A stretch of DNA of 48,833 nucleotides from Octopus bimaculoides (lineage: Eukaryota): contig NC_068982.1 in the NCBI RefSeq assembly GCF_001194135.2, forward strand, positions 131,995,132-132,043,964, given 5' to 3'. A program made the translations under genes and the position numbers. Under the pieces are notes generated by a model. The model made no database searches. It had not been told where the DNA came from and was given only the letters and a program-made list of their open reading frames with translations. This document shows, in pieces, positions 35,147 to 46,420 of the stretch; the first letter of the stretch is position 1, and the number at the start of each line of letters is the position of its first letter.

Positions 35147-36029
35147 TTAATATTTTGATAAGCGGTAGAGTTTTTAATTCTTGTATGCAGGTGAGAGATC
35201 TTAATGTATATATATTTCAGATCAAAGCGCTTGTCGAGTACAGAGCATAATATAAAATTAAATAAACAACAAGGGAACAAGAAATTATGAAATGAATTTC
35301 GTTAGCTTACAACTATTTCTACTATAGGATACATTGCACTTGGCGCTGTGTGCTTTTGCATTGCCTTATAACTTCGTTGGTGCTTCAATACACACACACA
35401 CATACATGCATACATACATACATACATACATACATACATACATACATACATACATACAAACATACATACACATATACATACATACGTAAAGCGAACCTGA
35501 ACGATTACTCTAAGGTACATGGCATATTTTATAAATATGCCTGATCAAGTATCATGACAGCATGAAACTATTAGTAGCTCTTTCGGTGGTGTATTTGATT
35601 TCATATATATATATATATATATATANNNNNNNNNNNNNNNNNNNNNNNNNNNNNNNNNNNNNNNNNNNNNNNNNNNNNNNNNNNNNNNNNNNNNNNNNNN
35701 NNNNNNNNNNNNNNNNNNNNNNNNNNNNNNNNNNNNNNNNNNNNNNNNNNNNNNNNNNNNNNNNNNNNNNNNNNNNNNNNNNNNNNNNNNNNNNNNNNNN
35801 NNNNNNNNNNNNNNNNNNNNNNNNNNNNNNNNNNNNNNNNNNNNNNNNNNNNNNNNNNNNNNNNNNNNNNNNNNNNNNNNNNNNNNNNNNNNNNNNNNNN
35901 NNNNNNNNNNNNNNNNNNNNNNNNNNNNNNNNNNNNNNNNNNNNNNNNNNNNNNNNNNNNNNNNNNNNNNNNNNNNNNNNNNNNNNNNNNNNNNNNNNNN
36001 NNNNNNNNNNNNNNNNNNNNNNNNNNNNN

Positions 36030-36084
<55 letters not shown>

Positions 36085-36807
36085 CACATATATACTAATA
36101 TATATGTGTGTGTGTGTGTATATATAATTATACACGCATATATATAAATACACTCACACACGCGCACGTGCACACACTTGTCCATTCGTATTTGCATGTA
36201 TCCATAGATATTTTACGATATTTGTATGTGTATATATGTGTGAGCATATGTAGAGAGAGAGAAAGAGAAAGAGAGAACGTGATAGATAGATAGATAGATA
36301 GATAAACTCATTGATTTATCTTTATTTCATAGAAGGATGTATATCTACGTAGATGTCTGTGAATAGGGTCCACGCATATATCTTTAACAAGCCTTCCGAC
36401 CGATCTTATCTGATCCTTAATACTAGAAATTGCTCTGCAAATATTTGAGAAGTTATCTAGAGTTGTAACATTAGTTAAAATGATAAATGTCGAACAAGAA
36501 TAAATAAAGAAAAGTCAAAATTAGATGAACCCATGAAAACAAACTGTGGGACTAGTTCTGTTTCGGCAAACAAACTGATTACTTGCTTCGTCAGTTAACT
36601 TCCATAAACGCGATAATAGCAATTTCGCAATTTTGCCAACAATAAAGATTATTTTGAATGGCCACCATTTCTAGGAAAAAATCGAACGAAATCAACAAAG
36701 AACTTTCCTTCGTGGTAAAATTCCTCCAAAATAGAACACACACACACACACACACACTGTATATTGTATACATATATGTGTAGATCAATCGATCAATAGA
36801 TAGATAC

Positions 36808-36895
<88 letters not shown>

Positions 36896-37263
36896 CTCTA
36901 GACATCTGTACGTTTAACAATAGGTATTAGAATAGGTAATTAACTAAATTACTTGTTCATTGAACCGTTGTTTAAGTAGCTGAACACACCACTGATGCGT
37001 GTACCCTCTACGTAATACGTAGGTGGTATCAGTTTGACACCATGTGACAAAACCTGGATTCTGGAAATTTTGCTACATTCCACCCGATACGCTTCTGTAC
37101 AGATTTTATCTGCCCAGTTGCACTCGCATGAATTGGGAGGCTTTAGTTTAGATCAGGAAAATTACTGGCTTAGAAACCATATTTAGTTATGAACAGAACA
37201 GCAGACTTAATGTATGAGTGTGTATACGTGTATACACACACACACACACGTGTGCATGTGTAT

Positions 37264-37295
<32 letters not shown>

Positions 37296-37299
37296 ATGT

Positions 37300-37617
37300 A
37301 TGGAGGAATCTCAACCATGTTTCGTGGTCTGCTACCACAACAGCTCCTTTATAGGATCCAGTTAGCTCAAGACATCATCAGGAGGAACCACGTCCGGTTT
37401 CGGCCCCTACTCCTCTACCGTTTTGACGTGGCGGGGCCTCTCCTTTCGGAGGTGTCTTCAGCTCTGGTGTTGGGTGCATGTCTTCTTTCAGTGTTTGTGA
37501 CTGTTCTAATTCAACTGTGGAATGTTCCTCGCTATGGTTATTTTCCAGGAGGTTCTGGCCACACGTCTTACGGTTCATCAACCCGCGTTGTTGAATTACT
37601 TTCTTCTGACATACCTT
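37300..37617 (-). mobile_element. Probable Penelope-like element terminal segment with two hammerhead-like core pairs
   Basis: GC-richer island; minus strand has CTGAAGA (37455-37461) ... GAAACCGGAC (37392-37401) and CTGATGA (37375-37381) ... GAAACATGGTT (37313-37323). Confidence 0.35.
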
Positions 37618-38136
37618 NNNNNNNNNNNNNNNNNNNNNNNNNNNNNNNNNNNNNNNNNNNNNNNNNNNNNNNNNNNNNNNNNNNNNNNNNNNNNNNNNNN
37701 NNNNNNNNNNNNNNNNNNNNNNNNNNNNNNNNNNNNNNNNNNNNNNNNNNNNNNNNNNNNNNNNNNNNNNNNNNNNNNNNNNNNNNNNNNNNNNNNNNNN
37801 NNNNNNNNNNNNNNNNNNNNNNNNNNNNNNNNNNNNNNNNNNNNNNNNNNNNNNNNNNNNNNNNNNNNNNNNNNNNNNNNNNNNNNNNNNNNNNNNNNNN
37901 NNNNNNNNNNNNNNNNNNNNNNNNNNNNNNNNNNNNNNNNNNNNNNNNNNNNNNNNNNNNNNNNNNNNNNNNNNNNNNNNNNNNNNNNNNNNNNNNNNNN
38001 NNNNNNNNNNNNNNNNNNNNNNNNNNNNNNNNNNNNNNNNNNNNNNNNNNNNNNNNNNNNNNNNNNNNNNNNNNNNNNNNNNNNNNNNNNNNNNNNNNNN
38101 NNNNNNNNNNNNNNNNNNNNNNNNNNNNNNNNNNNN

Positions 38137-38183
<47 letters not shown>

Positions 38184-38189
38184 ATATGT

Positions 38190-38410
38190 ATATGTATATG
38201 TATATAGGAAGAATTCACGAAAAATCAACAGACTAAGACAGGTGGTGTAAACAACAGATGGATGTATTAGTATAACGCTCGGGAACAGAGAAAGTCTTTA
38301 AGCTTTCGAGCCTACGCTCTTCAACAGAAAGGAACACAGAAAGAAACAAGGAGAGAAACAAGGAGAGAAAAAAAGGGAGAGAAAAAATATGTGTAGTGGT
38401 CAGTGATATG
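38190..38410 (-). mobile_element. Probable PLE pseudo-LTR fragment abutting (TA)n/(TG)n
   Basis: Contains the hammerhead below and ends at a TA-rich microsatellite; the PLE assignment rests on the known association of minimal hammerheads with PLE termini. Confidence 0.5.
38296..38331 (-). ncRNA. Minimal type I hammerhead ribozyme variant
   Basis: Minus strand CTTT-CTGTTGA-A-GAGC GTAG GCTC-GAAA-GC-T-T-AAAG: 4-bp stem I, 4-bp stem II with tetraloop, palindromic loopless stem III (AAGCTT), core A6U. Confidence 0.6.
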
Positions 38411-40879
38411 AATATAGATGTATGTCTGTATAATTATATGTACATTACTATTTCTAATCTAAGTAGTTTATTAATAAATACATATCCGGGATCTTATGTG
38501 CATGTATTTAATCTCACTATGTCTTTCCAACAGTCAAGGATGTAGAAGAAGTAGAACAATCCACTTCTCTTTACCAACTCTTTAACGTTCTTTGACCTTT
38601 CCCTCACAAAATGCCGAAATAAGTAGCGAATGCTTACTTATTGAAACACCATTATACTAGACGGACGTCACTTGCATAAAGGTACACGATATCCATCTAT
38701 CCATGCATACACACACACAAACGTACAAGCACATACACACACACATACACATATATATGTATGTACACACTCACACGCGCGCGCGCACACACATTGTGAC
38801 TGGTGGAACTATATTTGGTTTTGGGGGAAATTCTATGTTAAATGCGCTTAACTATTTCTTAAAGCTTGCTCACTTTAGTTCATATTCTGAAAGCAAGGTA
38901 CAGACTATGTAAAACTATCAAACTATTACGATAATATTGTAGCAATGTAGTTATTGCAAATTTGCACTGGAGTCAACGATATTGAATATTTACCACATAG
39001 TAATAAAACTGTAAAAGCAAAAAACAAAATTTAGTCTTTTACATAACGATAATTATTTCTGTCGGCCGCCATATCATACGTATTTTGTGTTATGAAATTA
39101 GACTCATTTTGTTGTTATTATGCTGTTTGCCTTTTTTGTCTCGCATTAGCATAATTATCATATTGATGAGAAATATCTAGAATGTTAGACATTATGATGT
39201 ATTTACATAAGTCCGAACAAATTATATAAGTTACGTTTGAGCAGTTATGGCGTCCATGTCTTCAGTGATATGTTATGACAAAAAATTTGAGTTTCTCACA
39301 AGATATTAAAAATGACTAACGAGTATTTACTTACATTCTTGCTAGAATTTTGAGCTTCTGCAGAAGATTCTACGCAGTCACTTGAGCATCTTTAAATAAC
39401 AGCGATATATCCCTCAACCCACACCTTACCATCTGAGAAAAACAATGGGAATATTAACTAAAGTTAACTTATGGTTATCACAGCTGAAATACTTCTGTTC
39501 ATATCTGCCCAATCAGAGCTGGATTGGGGCTTGTTGACGACAAAATCCTAACAGAAAAGATTACTGACAAATGACCTTCTTTTAAAAGTTGCGAAAGTTT
39601 CTATCTTCTAGCAGTTAAAGAGGATTTCACTGTTATCAAAAACTTTACTCTAATATTGACTGTGGTGGTTTAGATAAAGTATAAAAATAAAGTTAATCAA
39701 AGTAAAATGTGCAGTGGTCACTCCTGACCTTTGCAGGTATTCTCAAACTGAAATTATTGGTGTTAATTTTATCGATTCTTAAGTGATAAAGGTCTAAGTT
39801 GACATTTGCAGGAACAAAAGTCAGAAGAATTCAATCTGACAGCAAATTAGAATATCATTAAATTACTTCATGACATTTCATGGAATTTAATTAACGCTGT
39901 GCCAAATTGCAACCATTAAAACATGAAATCAAATAAAGAACGGAACAAGACGAAACTCAAACACAAATGCTAAGCAAACAAACAAAAAATAAACATTAAA
40001 AGAAAATCATTGTGTGAATAAAACTTCCATATCTTATCGGTGTATATCATTGGTTGATATCATGTCACTTAGTTGGCACCATATCAAATCCTGTAGATAT
40101 TCTCATAAGGATTTGAACAGAGTTTCGCTATATAACCGAAGCACTCGTCAATTTTATAATGTCTGGCTGTCACTTAAAGTGATAAGTCTTATAAATCCGG
40201 TGCCTGTTAACAGCTAAGGGGATTAAACCATTTGAAAATTAGGTGTTTCGGTGTTAGATAATAAAGCTAAGCTGTAGAAACAGCTTTGACCTTCGAAGGA
40301 AATTGAATAGGAGAGAAAAAAAACTACGAGTAACACGAAAATAGAAAACTAAATGGAAGAAGACGTAGCGAAAAAAAAAAACAGAATGCATAAATGAACA
40401 AAAGAAAACTGAAAACGCGGATGAAAAAAAATGGAACAGAAAGAAAAATAGAAAAAAGTATTAGATGACACGATATATGTTGACATGATAGAATAGACAC
40501 AAATTTCTTCTGAATTTCGCTTGAAAAATAATTGCTCTCTGTCTTTCAATAATTCCTTCTTCTCTCTCTCTTTCAATCACACTCTGTCTATCTATATTTG
40601 TCACTCTGCATTTCTCTTTTCTTTCTACCGTTCTCAATTTGCCAACTCTTTATTCATTCGATAAATTATAAATCCTTCGCGAATAACACGGGCGTAAAAC
40701 TGATGCTTCTGAAATGCGGTATAGTGATTGAGAAATAATACGCCACTTTATTGCAGTAAATATTTCCAAGAAAATTCTTGAAACCACTTTTTACCAAAAA
40801 AGTGAACTGTGAAAATGTAGATTTAAGTGTCCTGTCTAAATGAATGCCTGTGGACAACATGAAGCCTCAAAACATGTGC

Positions 40880-41420
40880 TCAGTAAGCATGTCAATGGTG
40901 TTAAGGGATTCACTCGCAACCACGTAGTTTCGTGTTTTACATCCGCTGACGTGACTTCGGGCCGATCGTTGTCATATAGGTATAAATTGGTTGACGAAAA
41001 ATGTGTGAAAGACAACTTCTTTGTTGGTAGGCTTACTCCGTCGCCTGGTTAAACACCGCTACGTAGGCCATTTGGTGGTTTAGTGGATTACCTTCACTCA
41101 AGCCATGTTTCTGTTCTCCTTCCTCTGACTTAATGGGAGTTTCTCGAGTTCGAGAAAGACGGTTCTACAATCTCTTGCTGAACAATCAGTACAAATAATT
41201 TGTTTATAGCGATCAATGTTTGTGCTGCACTTGAGCTCTCTCAATGCATGAAATTCACATTACCTGCACAGGTGCGCGGTGTGCCACACGTCAGATATCG
41301 GAGTGATCGCAGAAAAACGTGAAATAAAGTGTTTTACTCAAGAATACAACACACAGCCTGGTCCGAGAATCGAAACCGCAATCTCATGGCCGCAAATGAA
41401 AAACCCTAATCCCTAGACCT
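40880..41420. mobile_element. Diverged SINE relics (family B-like head on plus at about 40880-41000; tRNA-headed copy on minus at about 41260-41420)
   Basis: GGTGTTAAGGGATTCACTCGCAACCACGTAGTTTC; GGTCCGAGAATCGAAACCGCAATCTCATGGCCGC..CCCTAATCCCTAG. Confidence 0.45.
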
Positions 41421-42409
41421 ACCTCTGGCTAGCTGTAAAGAACCTTATCCATTCATCAAGTGTAGCTACAACCTAATCATCTGAGAAAGTTTTTTTTAAT
41501 GTTATATAATAGTATGCAGGAGAGAAGAAAGAAGACTCGCTTCAAACTCTGTATGTGTATTTGCAAATCCAAAAAATCTCTATACTCTGTACTCTATACG
41601 ATGTATCAGAAATATACTGGTGCGATTCAATAGATTATTCTGTTAATTCACCCGCCCACTCTACAAAAGACGAGGCTATCTTAAACAAAGAAAACTACAA
41701 GGATATGTTATTCATATCTGGTAAGATGATAATTAAAATATATACCAGTAATATACTGAAATCTATGTAATCGATTTTATCCACTCTTCTATTAATCAAG
41801 ACAATTCATCAAACAGTTCAATGCTTCACATTTGTGACTTCGAATCTTGTCCAGGTTTACCCAGGCTTTCATAACAAAGGAATCGATAGAAAGAGAATCT
41901 GTCATTAAACTACCATTTACAAGTGTAACCAAATAATGAACGAAATAATAAAATGCTTAAGTAGAAAACAAAAGAAACAAAGAAATAGTAAGAGAAAGAC
42001 ATTGTATGAATAAATCTTCCCTATTTTAGTGAAGTAGAGTAAATCATTAATCTATCTCACGCCAGTTAGGACACGCCTGTTCATCTCTAGTAGACATTCT
42101 CCTGATAGTATATTCACTCGATTTCCGCTGAAAGATCATCTTGTAAGTAATCTAAAGCAATGTTTGAGGAAGGATTAATCAGTTCTTGGACAGTACCTCC
42201 GACACAGTTTCGATAATTAATTGGAACAGTTTCATTTAATTTATTAATGAGTTTACAAATGTCATGCACATTACAACCTCCCAATAATTGCCCATTACTA
42301 AATAATTAATTCAACAACTCACTACAACCAATAGATCACTGGCGCGTAGTTACCTCTCTATGTTGAGCAGCCCCACAAAAAGACCCCCACAAAATGTTCA
42401 CGACCTTAC

Positions 42410-42530
42410 GTCAATCGTCTCTAAATGCTAAAATATCTTTCCTGCTCATGTTCACTCGATAATTCTCCAGGTTCTTTCTTTATACATCAGTCAACAGAAA
42501 TCCAAGTTAAACGCCAGCTTTGAAGAGAGC
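42410..42530 (-). other. Candidate 121-nt non-coding exon
   Basis: Minus-strand acceptor TTGACTTTTGCAG|G and donor GAC|GTAAGG; stops in all three frames. Confidence 0.25.
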
Positions 42531-42569
42531 CTGCAAAAGTCAACAATGCTTCTTTTCTTCAGATTAAAT

Positions 42570-43200
42570 TATCGTTTCAACTCGGCTGGTAATTTATGTT
42601 AACAGAGATGAAAGGCTAAGTTAAGCAGATGACAGGCTAAGTTGATCGCTGTGAGATCTGAACTCAGAAAGTAAAGCAGATGGAAGAAGTACTGTACGTC
42701 ATTTTGTCCGATGCCCAGACGATTCTGCGAGTCTACAGCCTTCTTCCCATTTGGTAAATGTTTCTAACATAAGCATTAGATAAGAAATTTGGGGATAGGG
42801 GTTAGTCGAATGAATCGATCCCAGTGATTGACTGGTACTTTATTTTCTTGATCGCGGATGGATGAAGTGTAAAGTCGATCTGATTTGAAAGCAGAATTAT
42901 ATGCCACTAGGCAAATTATCCGACGCTCTATTATGCCGAGGTACAACTTTCTCCCGACTAAGTTGTAATATATAATGGTTTCTGATGTAGGAAAAAGGCC
43001 AGTATTTTGAGGGGCGGAGCTGAATCGATGTTATCGACCGCGGTACTTGACTAGTATCTTACTTTATCAATCCTGAAGGACAGGAAAATAAGATGACCTT
43101 GGTGGAATTCGAACATGGAACGTAAAGATCCGGAAGAAAAACAACAAAGCATTTTTGCCGGTACTCTGATGACTAAGCCACTACGCTGGCTTTCCAGTCG
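42570..43200 (-). mobile_element. Three diverged tandem SINE family A copies
   Basis: Repeated reverse-complement family A motifs (GATGAAAGGC/GATGAAG, GAACTCAGAA, ACTGGTACTT, TCGATG..ATCGAC). Confidence 0.6.
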
Positions 43201-43772
43201 CATTATATAATTAAGCACTACCCAGCTAAAAGAATAAGTTTTACCGTTTGCATAAGGAGCAATTATTATTTTGATTAACATAATAATGGCATTACTAATT
43301 TCTTGACAAGCTGAATTCTTCAGAAATACAATAACCTCACACGATCTCTCCTTTTATCACCTACAATTACACAGTATTTTACGAGAAAGTTGTTTTTGTA
43401 TAATTATTTGATGAACCAATTTGAACTTCTCCACCTCATTTTTGTCAAGAACATATTTGGAAAATGCAGGTCTGTTACACCTTTCCCAGTTCCCATTCCT
43501 CTCTCAAATATTCCTCTCTCAAATATAATGTTTGTAAAAACATTATATTGTTATAGTAGTGAACCTCGTTCAGTTTGAACTAACTTTTTCGTAAACTGTT
43601 GAATCTGCGGTCCGATTTAGTTTCACAATCGGAACATTTCACTTGACTTATGAGAAACAACTTTTCCTCTACCTTAAAAATATAACACTATAAATCTTGA
43701 AGTATAAAGCCTAAATTTTTATCTCTAATGACACAGATTGTATCACAGTTTGCTCTGGAATATTATTGTGAA

Positions 43773-44672
43773 TAGCAGAATCATTAGTGTGTCGTTTAGA
43801 ATGTTTTGCAGTATTTCATTACGGTCGTTTACGTTCTGAGTGAAAGTGTTTCTGAGATCAACTTTGCCGTTTATCATTCCGAGGTCGAAAATATAAATTA
43901 ACAGTCAAGGTAATTTATATTTAACTGTTCTGTCTCAATAAATTTCTAGCATTGTGCCCTATATAAGAAACTGACATCAGAAACGGTGGTACAGAATAGA
44001 ATCGGTTGAGCATTGAGTAAAATGTCTTGGCAGTTGTTAATTAAGACCCATTCGTTCTAAGGTCTAACCTCGCCGAAGTCAACTTTGTCTTTCAGGATAG
44101 ATAAAATAAAGTACAAGTCAAGTATTGCGGCGATGTAATCGCATAATCTTCCACCCTTAAAATTACAGACAATGTGCCAAAGTCTTCAGCTATCATCATC
44201 ATCATCATCATCATCATCTTCGTCATCATCATAAGGTGGCGAGGTGACAGAATCGCTAGCAAACTGGACAAAATTCATTGCTGCATTTTGTTCGTCTTTA
44301 TGTTTTGAGTTCAAATTCTGCTGAGATCGACTTCGCCTTTCATCCATTCGAGTTCTACGAAATAAGTACCAGCTGAACACTGGGGTCGAAGTAATAGACT
44401 AGCCCCTTCACCTCTAAATTACAGGTTTTATGCCTGTTGTAGAAAGAATTTTCATTATAAGATAGTGATCTGTTAGAATCGTTAGACCCTCGGACAAAAT
44501 TCTTAACGGCTTTTCTTCTGTCCTTACGTTCTGAGTTCAAATCCCACCAAGGTCGACTTTGCCTTTCATCCTTTCGGGTTCGATGAAATAAGTACCAGTT
44601 ACGCACTGGGGTCGATATAATCGACTTGTCCCCTCCCCCAAAATTTCAGGCCTTGTGCCTATAGTAGAAAGG

Positions 44673-44703
<31 letters not shown>
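43773..44703 (+). mobile_element. Four head-to-tail SINE family A copies with (CAT)n tails
   Basis: Copies at about 43773-43970, 43985-44185, 44213-44450 and 44465-44672; GAATC..TAG head, GTTCT(G/A)AG, AATAAAGTAC/AATAAGTAC and tail motifs recur. Confidence 0.75.
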
Positions 44704-45095
44704 ACGTATGTTTAAAATAGTGAAGTACACTACTAAATAATGTTTTTGTCTATAAAAAAAGTGGTAGACTTCTCACTCGCGTTGAAAAAGTCTCTAAAGA
44801 CCAAATTGAAAAAAAGGAGAAATAAAAAAGAAGGCAGCCAGTCGGAGCCTCAAGATCAATATAATAATTTAATAGAAATTGCAAACCATATATTTATCAA
44901 ATTAAAGATATTTTATTTTATTCTCCCCAGCTGCGTCTCAGCAAGTTGTTATATACATTTGCATTTTGCCCGTGGTCTATGGAGCGGATGTGTTAATAGC
45001 ATAGGAAATGGATTGAATAAACCACAAATATGGAAGAAACGAAAGAGAAACTAGTGTATAATGAAGTATCTAACAGTATTTAGTTTTACCACACT

Positions 45096-45481
45096 GTTGA
45101 TGCGCAATAGCACAATGGTTAGGGCAGTGGACTCGCAGTCGTAGGATCGTGGTTTCGATTCCCAGACCGGACGTTGTGAGTGTTTATTGAGCGAAAACAC
45201 CTAAAGCTCCACGTGGCTCCGGCAGGGAGGTGCGGTGGAGCACCCTCCTGCACTTTTTCACCACAATGTTCTCTCACTCTTTCTTCCAGTTTTTGTTGTA
45301 CCTGTATTTCAAAGGGCCAGCCTTGTCACACCCTATGTCACGCTGAATCTCCCTGAGAACTATGATAAGGGTACACGTATCTGTGGAGTGCTGAGCTACT
45401 TACATGTTAATTTCACGAGCAGGCTGTTCCGTTGATCGGATCAACTGGAACCCTCGTCGTCATCACCGACGGAGTGCCACG
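45096..45481 (+). mobile_element. SINE family C, full length, with 11-bp TSD (1 mismatch)
   Basis: TTT(A/G)CCACACT at 45085-45095 and 45482-45492; collinear with the reverse complement of 21017-21408. Confidence 0.88.
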
Positions 45482-45649
45482 TTTGCCACACTACTTTCTG
45501 AAATAAAATTCCATTGCGCCTGAAACTAATTTCAGAGTCTATAAAAAATGTATCAGTTATATATTGGATTTATTCCTTTCTTTAACCTTATCCCAGTCAA
45601 ACTTATAGTTTTGTGCTAGGATGAGGAATTATCATTTATTGGGTATTGG

Positions 45650-46420
45650 ACAGTAGATCGGTTGAATCGTTAGATTCGGAAAATAATGCCCTGCAATATT
45701 TTTTCTTGCTGTTTACATTCTTGATTCAAATCCCTCCGAAGTCAACTTAGCATTTCATCCTTTTGGGATCAATAAAATCCTTTCTACTATAGGTACAAGG
45801 CCTGAAATTTGGAAGAAAGGGGTTAAGTCGATTACATCGCCCTCGCCCCAGTATTCAACCGGTACTTAATTTATCGACCCCGAAAGGATGAAAAGTAAAG
45901 TCGACCTCGGCGGAATTTGCACTCAGAACATAAAGACGGACGAAATGCTGCTAGGCATTTTCTCCGGCGTGCTAACAATTCTGCCAGCTCACCACTTTTT
46001 GTGGGGTCAATAAAATAAAATACCAAAGCTTATGATATCGACTTACCAACTTCTCTCAAAAATGTTGGTTTTGTTAGAATGGCCTTCTATATATTTTCAT
46101 TCAAATCTAATTTGTTGTATATGAAATTATACCGTCCACAGTATTTAAAGACCTTCAATGAATGAAATATGATGTTAACCTCGGCTGGATGTGAATTCAG
46201 AATATAAAAATACTGTAAATGATAAAGGTATGATGCAAACATTTTGCTCAGTTTTCTAACGTTTCTGTCAATCCACCGGCTATGACTCATTAGAGTATCG
46301 GACAAAATACTTTCTGGTATTTAGTTCTGAGTTTAAATATCGGTAAGGCCAACCTTATCTTTCATATTTTCATGGTTAATGAAATATATACCAATCTAGT
46401 TATGGGTTCTGTATATAATC
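45650..46420. mobile_element. Cluster of SINE family A copies in alternating orientation
   Basis: Plus at about 45650-45778; minus (well preserved) at 45779-45995; plus fragment at about 46000-46080; minus at about 46085-46280; plus at about 46285-46420. Confidence 0.65.

Noticed and set aside
37320-37380. SECIS element (AUGA-N11-AA on the minus strand), as described for some PLEs
   Set aside because: The 3' strand has a 10-nt unpaired insert and lacks the required GA of the non-Watson-Crick quartet.
37218-37617. Plus-strand hydrophobic ORF (MFRGLLPQQLLY...)
   Set aside because: It begins in a (TG)n tract and is most simply the antisense reading of the probable PLE terminal segment; not recognised as a protein.
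39225-39270. Minus-strand CTGAAGA...AAACGTA hammerhead candidate
   Set aside because: GAAA lacks its G and there is no stem I complementarity.
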